NCBI RefSeq assembly: GCF_018977255.1
Contig: NW_024704742.1
Span: 27,654,001 to 27,718,000, forward strand
DNA: 64,000 nt
Source of the DNA: Callorhinchus milii
Lineage: Eukaryota
Direction of reading: 5' to 3'
Shown here: positions 55,759 through 64,000 of the stretch, piece by piece
Layout of the letters: each line of letters begins with the position of its first letter
How positions within the stretch are numbered: position 1 is the first letter of the stretch
The notes under the pieces: generated by a model
The model's input: the letters and a program-made list of their open reading frames with translations, nothing else
What the model was told of the DNA's origin: nothing
Databases searched by the model: none
Made by a program: the position numbers and the translations under genes

Positions 55759-55996
55759 GTGGCAGAAATTCCACCTGGGTCTAGATTTACTTTATTTTCT
55801 TAGTATGGACAGGGCATCCAAGAATTTGATAACCATTGATTTCAGGTTTAATTTTGAAGTTGGCCTTCTTTAGTTCTTATGAAGAAACTGATAGAAATGA
55901 AATTCAAATGAAAGCTATATTTAAGAATTTGCCAATTTATGGATATTCTGAGTTCCTGAGAAAATAGTAATAAATCTAGACCCAGATGTCTGCCCA
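55759..55996. mobile_element. MITE-like fold-back element, copy 3
   Basis: gcagaaattccacctgggtctagattta ... taaatctagacccag (perfect 15-bp inverted match). Confidence 0.75.
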
Positions 55997-58900
55997 CCTG
56001 TGCCATCTCAGTATGTGGTACAGTGAATTTGATGTGTCGAGGTTTGCCCATTGTCAAACACCAATGACAGTGTGGGACATGTTACCCATACAAACAGATC
56101 GTTTCTGAACTAATAGATTAATAAATGTTTTAATCCCAGCTCTTCCTTAATATTGTCCAATATGAAGGGGAAAATGCTGAACAAACACTCATGGAGTTAA
56201 TTACGGAACTTGGATAGTATAATAGCGCAATCCCAGAGAAATTCCTCAGGACTTTCTTCCTGTGTTGNAAAAAAATCTGCCAGCACTGTAAAATCTTTAA
56301 TTGCCATTATTAATGGCCGAAGAATTGGCCAGTGTTACTTTACTTTGTGAATTCCATTGTTTCAGATGGAATTCAGCTTTAAAACACGTGTTTATTTACT
56401 TCTGTGATGTGTTGGCGCAATCATGCTATAGGCTACTGTAGAAGGGCCGGAAATGGCAGGTTGGAAAGCAGGGTCTATCAAAACATATTCCTTCAACTGA
56501 AGCATCCTTTCTTTTTAGATTTTTAAGCTTTCACCCATCCATTTATTTGCCTTAGACAGATTTCAGCTCTGTGTGCAGACATTCACCTCCCATTAGACAG
56601 ACCTCATTTGTACATCCCACATCTTTGCACTATCGAGGCTTTGAGGGTCAGCAGACACAGAGGATAATTAGGTTGGTGCATTTGACGTAACATTGCTCTT
56701 TAAACAAGTGTTCACTTTTGACAGACCTTGACAACCTTGGGGGATGTTACTTCTTTTCTAAGCTCACAGTTTCATGAGAAACCAGTTTTAAGAAAAGTTG
56801 TTCTGAGGCTAGAGCAGCTTATCTATTTCATCACAAAATCAGACCTTCAAAAAGCCTTAAGATTCAGAAATCACACTTTTCGATGCCGTCATGTTATTCT
56901 TAGGTACTGCAGACAAGATGGTTGGATCTCATGAGCAGATGGAGAATTTCCTTCAGAACTTGTGAAATCATTCAGTATCAAATGGCTGTGTTGTGTTTGC
57001 TGTGGTTATTCCCCATCCTGCTGTGTGTTGGAGCTGAGGCATTCAGTTGAATGTACCCTAATGTTTTTTAGCCGATCAGCTTGCGATTCTGCGGGTGTCA
57101 ACTTTCATTCTTAGACAGGTTCCTTTTAGGAAATAATATCTTGGGATAGGGTATAGTTTGGGACATGACATGCCCATACGACTGTCTGGATGGTGGAAGG
57201 CGAACTGGATGGACCTTGGTTTTCATTTGCCAAGCAATTCTTATGTTCTTATGGTAGTACTCCAGCCAATGGCATATCCCCAACTAGCAGGAGCAGATGG
57301 CCACTTTTAACAATGGCCTCAACCAAACTGTGCTTCTTTCAGACACAATTTCAGTTACTACTATAGTAATAAATGTTGTTTTTGGTGTGAGTTGTTGTAA
57401 ATAAATATTTCATTCAAAATGGAAGCCTTCTGTTGCAGTGGCAAGGGAGCAAAGGGCTGCATTTGAAATGCTGATAGGCAGCATTGAGAAAGCTATAGAT
57501 TACATCACTGTCTTTTTGGCCAAAACAAGAAGAGACCACAAGCCTTTCTTAGCTGCAATAATTTGGTCTACAAAAATGAAGCTTACCAAAATGATAAAAC
57601 AACCACAACTATTGTACATCAAGCACAATTATAACTGTTGGACTTCAGGACGAGATAAATTGTCTAATTGGAGGCTCGGCAAATCTTTGGAGTCCATTTC
57701 CAGTTTAGTGAAAGATTTAACAAAAGAACACAAGTTATTTAGTGGATTGGACAGGGAATCGGCAAAGAATATCTCTCGATGCTAAGTTCCAAAATAATAA
57801 GACCTTGTGATCACATCATCACAGTCCAAGATGAATTCCAATCTGCATAATCCTCAGATTGAAATAGACAACTTTATTTCCTACCCAGCTCTCCATTGCT
57901 CTGAAAAGGATGGAGTTGCATGTCACACCTCGATGAATACAATAGAATTTTTCTGATGCTCCATGTAGTTGAAAAAAAATTGCCAGCACTCACTTTGTGG
58001 GCACCCACATGAAAAATTGCAACTTGGTCAAGGTAAGCAGAGAATGAGCCGGGGCTTGTGGAAATCCGGCACAAGAATCTACGCAGAGGAGGAGAGAAAA
58101 TTACAGGAGAAAATAAACAAAACCAAGTTTTTAATAAAACTCAAGCAGCGAGCTGAAATTTAAGTGCTTAATGTTCTTTAATATTTGTTCTGATTACTGT
58201 ATTTCAAAGGAGTTAGTCACCTGCATTCTCGCAGTGCACGTGCATTGAATGAAATGATTTGAAAAACTAACACATTATTCCTGCATGGTGTATTTGATAT
58301 CTTTTTTCCTCATGTAGTGCACACTTCTATTTGCAATAAAGTTGAATGATGTATCTCTAGATGTGAAGTACTTTTTTTTTCATCTCACTGATATTCAGTC
58401 CCCAGTTACTGAATTCNAAAAAAATGTTTTAACCACAGCCTTGAATGCCATTGATGCACATCATTCAGATGAAGTTCCTAAATGTTTTGACTGTTTGTCT
58501 CGCTGTTAGCACACACGCCACATTTGAGATTGAGATGGATGTAGGGGGTCGGGGAATGCACTGATATGCAATGCATCTCACTATGTACCAAGTATGCTAG
58601 TTGGATAAGAACTGTGCAGCAATTGAGGCATGAGATTGCCAACCGGTGAATAGTGTACAGTGAAAACAAGAAAATAGGGAAGTAGGGATGAAAGGAAAGG
58701 ATTATAAGGAGGCAATGGTTCAAAAAACAATGTAAATAAAATGTAATTCATAAAATGCTGTCTTTTCTGTGACATTAACACATCAGTCCACTTCTTTCCA
58801 ATAGCCAGCAGCCAGCATGCTCCTCTTTCAAGGCACTTTAATGTTGCTGGACTGCATATCCAACTTTTGCTCTCATTGGAGTTGAACGTCTCTTTGATGG

Positions 58901-60964
58901 GAGGACAGGATTTTTTCGACTCTGATCTCTGTCAGTGAAATGCCATGGACAGTCACTTGTCATACAAACGTCTCAGGCTCAATGTTTTCAGTATTGAGTG
59001 CCTGCTACCTTTTCATTCCAGTGGCTTAAGATGTAGAGCTACAGCATCTTGTGGATTTTATTTAAATGTCAGCTTTGAGACGTTGATCTTGTGTATTTGG
59101 AACATATTAGTTGAAATGGAGAAATATCATCTTGGGTTGCATAAGCTCTTGGTTTATTTGTTTTTTGTAGTCCCAGGGGCATGAATAAAACAGTTAATGA
59201 GATAAAGGCAATTTTTGCAATGGAATGAGAGAGGCATTAATTAAACTGCATTCTATTTGTTTCCCTTACTCTCCGTATCAGTGCAGACTTCATCCTCATG
59301 TTCATAGTGGAATCTAATAATTGCAGCAATTCCTTATGGGATTTTGTAATAAGGAAACCAAGTAGCTACGCCTCCTGGTAACCAGAAGTATGTCATGCTA
59401 AACCACTTCTGGAAAGCAGTTCCTGTGAATCAGAATGATGTACTTTGCATACTTATTTAAAAAATCCTGTTAGAAATCAATGCATGTTAGATCTTGTTGT
59501 TGTTTACTATTTCATCAAACCATTCATGTGACTTTGAACTTGAACATGGGTAGCAATGTTGACAGACTGGTAACTGAGAGATAGGAAAGCTGGTGAGAAT
59601 TCTTGGCTTGGGAAACAGCCAGAAGTAAAGAGGGCACAAGGTTTCGGAGTGGAAAAAACACACTCTAAGATGTCATCACAAATACACAGCAGGAATCACA
59701 ATCACTAAGCGCTGCACGGAATATAATGTAAAGTCCAGTGACTCTGTATTTTGTGTGGGGAAACGCAGCAGCCGGTTTGACCACAGCAGTGTCCCACAAA
59801 CAGCCATGGAGTGAGTGACCAATTTTATTTGGGGGACCATTGGCCAGGGCACCAGGAGAAACAAGATTTACTAAATTTACTGCAAAAGTAAACGCAAAAT
59901 AAATGCATGAATGTGTAATACAGAATCCGTTCTTCTGCATCCTCATTGAAGTGACTAATGTTTGACCTCATGTGCCTTTTCTTGATATGATTTCAATGAC
60001 ACACTCACAAATAAAAAATGCAGATAAATCCCGTACTGTAATATATTCCTGAGCCATATTTTCAATCTCTTCCTTCAGGCACCACGCCTGCCAGTAAAGT
60101 CTGTTTAGGTTCATGTATTTGTGATCATAATTTGTAAATTAATTAGTTTTGTCTTTGCATGTTTTGTGTGTGTTATATAATGTGCACATGTTGATCTGTG
60201 TTACATCAAGCGCAATTCTGAGATTCATTTGGATAAAATTGAATTAAGCCTCTAAACCCTAATAAAACATGCATCTTTCCCAACATTTCAGAGCCCTATT
60301 ACTTTTCCAATGTTCTCTCCTAACCACCACCCCAACCTCACTAAATATCTCCTCAGAGCTCTTTCTCTTTCCTAAACTCTTTTTTTCCTTTGGATTCATA
60401 CCTAATTTAGATGGAAAGTTGCCCAGAGCAATTGCCCAGAACTGTTTAATGCTTCAAAAGACAAAGCTGCAGCATGTTTAAACAAACACAAAGTGTTTTT
60501 GAGCGTTATTGTGCTCTGTGTCTTCACACAGTGCATTTGTTGATGAGAGCTGAGCACTGTTCTCCTCCAGAATAATTATGTTTTAAAATTGAATCACAAT
60601 TAATTATAGGTGCGCAAGCCAATTTAGTGAAATGGACTAAAGCGAAAGGGATAGAAGTTATCTTAGGTCGTGTCAACAAAGGAGCTAGGTGGAGTATACT
60701 GAGAATACCTACTTCTTCTGCTTGAGTTCAACTCATGGTATCACAACAAATTATATATTCACATTCAAGTTTGTTTAACTTGATATTACCATTTTTTGGG
60801 GGGGTCAGCAGGATGTTTGGCACACATGGAAACCCTTCATCATGCTTAAGAATATCCAAACCATGCTCTGGGATGCTACCCTGTGTGAGAAGCGCTATAT
60901 AAATGCAAGTTGTTGTTGTTGAGAGTTTCACTTATGTATGCCACCTACACATGGAAATTTTTAC

Positions 60965-61330
60965 ATATCTGGAATCGAATGATCACTCTCTCCCTGGAGG
61001 AATACACCCTGCTTACCTAATTCCAGAGAGTATTAGGCACATGTTGGCAACAGATCAGGTTTAAGTATCCCAAAGTGTGCACTGGGATACTGCTGGAGTT
61101 TAACCAGCTAAATCTGCATAGCTTGCCCCTGAGAACACTGTGCGGCAAGCTTTCCTGCTGCTTATCCAGCTCGGATCAACCTAACCATTCGGGGTTTGGC
61201 ATGCATGGTTAAATGAACTAAGTGATAAGAGTCCTTGTTTGCATGGTTAGTGGAACTAAGTGTAAGTGACTAGTCTGATGATGAGTCAGACTGGCTGTGA
61301 TGTCATCAGCAATGTCCTGGAGTACTACGG
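60965..61330. repeat. Unclassified interspersed repeat, copy 2
   Basis: Colinear with 8750-9115. Confidence 0.75.
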
Positions 61331-62249
61331 ATCCACCGAGCTCAGCAACTGGACTACCGAGGCCACCACAGAGGGTTGATGTGACACTGACATTCTGTTA
61401 CCAGCATGTCACATTGAAGCCAGATCAGCTTCAAGGAGACACATGCTTAGCTTCCCCTCTCCCCCAGAGGATATTCATCGGTTAGTCATCTACTTGTCTA
61501 CTGATCATCTACCTTTTATCTACTTGTCAATTTTCTGAATTCAGATCCAAACTACTCATCACCTCTTTATCTCATTATCCTTCGCTCTCTACTCTACCTC
61601 AGCCCCTCCTTTATACTGCTTTATAGCTGTTTCTGCTTGACTGCTCTTTTGCAGTGTGACAGGAAACATTAAAACAACACTGCTATCCTTGGACCCTCAG
61701 TCATGGCCCTACCCCATGTGCTTGAGACCAAGAAAGTTACAGCACAGCAACCCTTTGGGCAGGCATGTGGAAGCAGGGTCAGATAGGGAGAGATTGCACT
61801 AAAAGCAGCAGAGGTGTCCATGTTTCAGATTATGATTTTCATTGGACCACTCCCACTCCTCTGAGGAATAGTCAATAGCTGTTTAATTATTTTGCAAAAA
61901 AAAATGTTGTCCAAATCGAGTTTAAATTGAGATGATTCTGAGGCTGGTTTGATGTGGAAATGTGTGAAGGACGTGATCCAGATCCTAAATTTAACATTCT
62001 TATTGTGTGTACTGAGGTTTAACAATGCCATGACAGCAAATCAAAATGTTACTATCAATTTCACAACAATCTAACCCATTACTGTACTGAGTCCTTGAGC
62101 GCACATGCTCTCTCATCCCATTCTTACTCTATAAAGAGCAGTGTTTTCTCTTTTAGTGTTGGCTTTTTGTATCGTTGTAATGGCTTATGCCACACTCGCA
62201 ATATACATTTTGCTCTTCATCTTGAGGAAGTATCTAGATTGCTAGGTTA

Positions 62250-63450
62250 CGGCACATTAGGGCAATGCATTGAATAAAATTTGCTTGGACTTTCAGATGC
62301 ATTTGATAAATTTCCCACATGTGAAGCTTTCAGAAGAAGGTTAAAGCTCTAGAAATTGATGGCTTGTTAACTATCTAGATTGGAACTTTGCTTAATGAAA
62401 GAACGGAAGTGGATGATAAATGGGAAAAGGACAGTGTCTGGTGGAGATCCACTGGGATCAGTGGGTCCTCGACTGTTTAAGCCTTTTCGGAGTGTTACCA
62501 CATCTTGTAATTTTATAAATATTGCTTATGATAAGAAGCTCTGCAACCAGATGATAAGTGTAAGGATGATTGATAGTATTCAAAGGATCTGGACCAATTA
62601 CTGTAAGTGGATGGGATAGGGGAAGTTAGATGAATTTTAATGTAGGTAAAGTTATACAGCCTAGATGAAGTATGTCCTTTAGCAAAGAGGGAAAACAAAA
62701 ATAATTTGTGTCTGATGATTGACTGTTAACTGAAAGTCACTGTGAATCTCTTGTCAACACAGCTAATTATCATAAGACTTGCAGTTACCAAGCAGGGACA
62801 TGGCATCAGACTGTATGACAGTTTTTTGTGAAGTTGATATGGATGATGGGTGAGCTCACGTTTGGTACAATATCTTAGCATTTCAGAGTCTCTACACATT
62901 GACAAATTGTTGAATTAAGTCTTTACTTTGAATCCATTTTTCTGGAATTCTTAATATAACTTACAGAAAACCAACTTGAAAATAAAGACTGTATTTAAGA
63001 ATTTGCCAAATGCTGGACAGGCTGAAATGCTAAGAAAATAAAGACAATCTAGACTCAGTTTTATATTCTAAAGCTAAACTTGCAGGACTGAATGTATTTT
63101 CTTCAGAGAAAGGAAGATTGAGAAGGGAGCGCAATATAGATTCTCAAAATGTTGAGAGAAATGGATTATGTAAATTGCAAAAAATATATTTACATAGAAC
63201 GTGGAGTGCAGACCTAGAGGACATGAGTAAAACATTAACAGCCTCAAACATTGCTGAGATTAGAAGGGAATGATCTTCTCCTCAGGGGTGTTCAGAATAG
63301 ACTCCAAATCAAAGCAATTAATATTGCATTGATAACACCTTTTTAAAAAATAAAAAAAACAAATGTTTATCTGGTTCGTAACAGGTTTGAAGGTTATAAG
63401 GAAAAAAATAGATAATAAAAGAGCTATGTGGAATGTGATGTGGTGACTGC
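62250..63450 (+). mobile_element. Very old CR1 remnant interrupted by MITE-like copy 4 (62872-63058)
   Basis: gactttcagatgcatttgataaa (DF..AFDK-like) and gaaaggaagattgagaaggg (RRLRG-like). Confidence 0.55.
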
Positions 63451-63624
63451 TAAACAGTTAGGACCTTGGAAATATCATACCAAAGACGGCAATTGGTCAA
63501 GGATTGATAACATGGGATGTGAGATTGAACAGATATTCTAGAGTTTTGCTTGATTTAACGTTTGGGGAACAAAGAGAAACTTTGCAGAACATTTCATCAG
63601 GAGATTAAATGAGTTTTAGTTGAA

Positions 63625-64000
63625 GGTTTGAACGGACGCAGATGGTTGGAGGAATGAATGGAGGGGCTTGAGACATGCCTTGAAGAAGGCAAGGAAGGGA
63701 ACAAAGCAAAGTGATTGTGGGCTGGAATTCCAGATAATGGCACCAGAGAGACTGAAGTCCTGACTGCTGATGGTGGGGCGGACCGGGCAGGGGACATGGA
63801 GCAGGCCGGAGTCTGCTGAGCGGAGGGACGGACAGGTCAATGTGGAGTTAGCATGTCAGAGATAGAGGGAGCATCAAGGCCATGGAGGGCTTTGAAGATG
63901 AGGATAAGGATTTTGAACTCTATCCTCTGGGGGGCACAGGGAGTCAGTTGAACCGAGCGCGGATGGGGTTGATCAGGTCACGGAGCCTGGTGAATGATCT
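63625..64000 (-). mobile_element. L2 3' fragment running off the window end
   Basis: Same sequence type as 5759-6145. Confidence 0.8.

Overview
Eukaryotic, repeat-rich, mostly intronic vertebrate DNA. The mix of CR1 and L2 LINEs, Deu-domain and CORE-like tRNA SINEs and a Penelope-type short repeat points to a cartilaginous fish (inference). The only host gene I can support is a + strand Diaphanous-related formin, most like DIAPH1. Three consecutive FH3/DID-region exons are visible: 4228-4338, 10237-10355 and 42300-42416. The main observation is that the 31.9 kb intron 10356-42299 is a minor-spliceosome (U12) intron. It has an ATATCCTTT donor and a TTCTTGAC branch site, and the acceptor that keeps the homologue-length protein is a non-canonical AA (AT-AA). 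In-frame AC acceptors and an out-of-frame AG compete nearby. Other observations: a hammerhead-ribozyme remnant in a Penelope-type repeat, a fold-back MITE-like family, an unclassified ~350 bp repeat family, nested LINE insertions and local duplications. Almost all ORFs in the supplied track are retroelement fragments or noise. I see no evidence of a prokaryote-type novel system. Repeat boundaries are approximate and family names come from recalled consensus features, not database searches.
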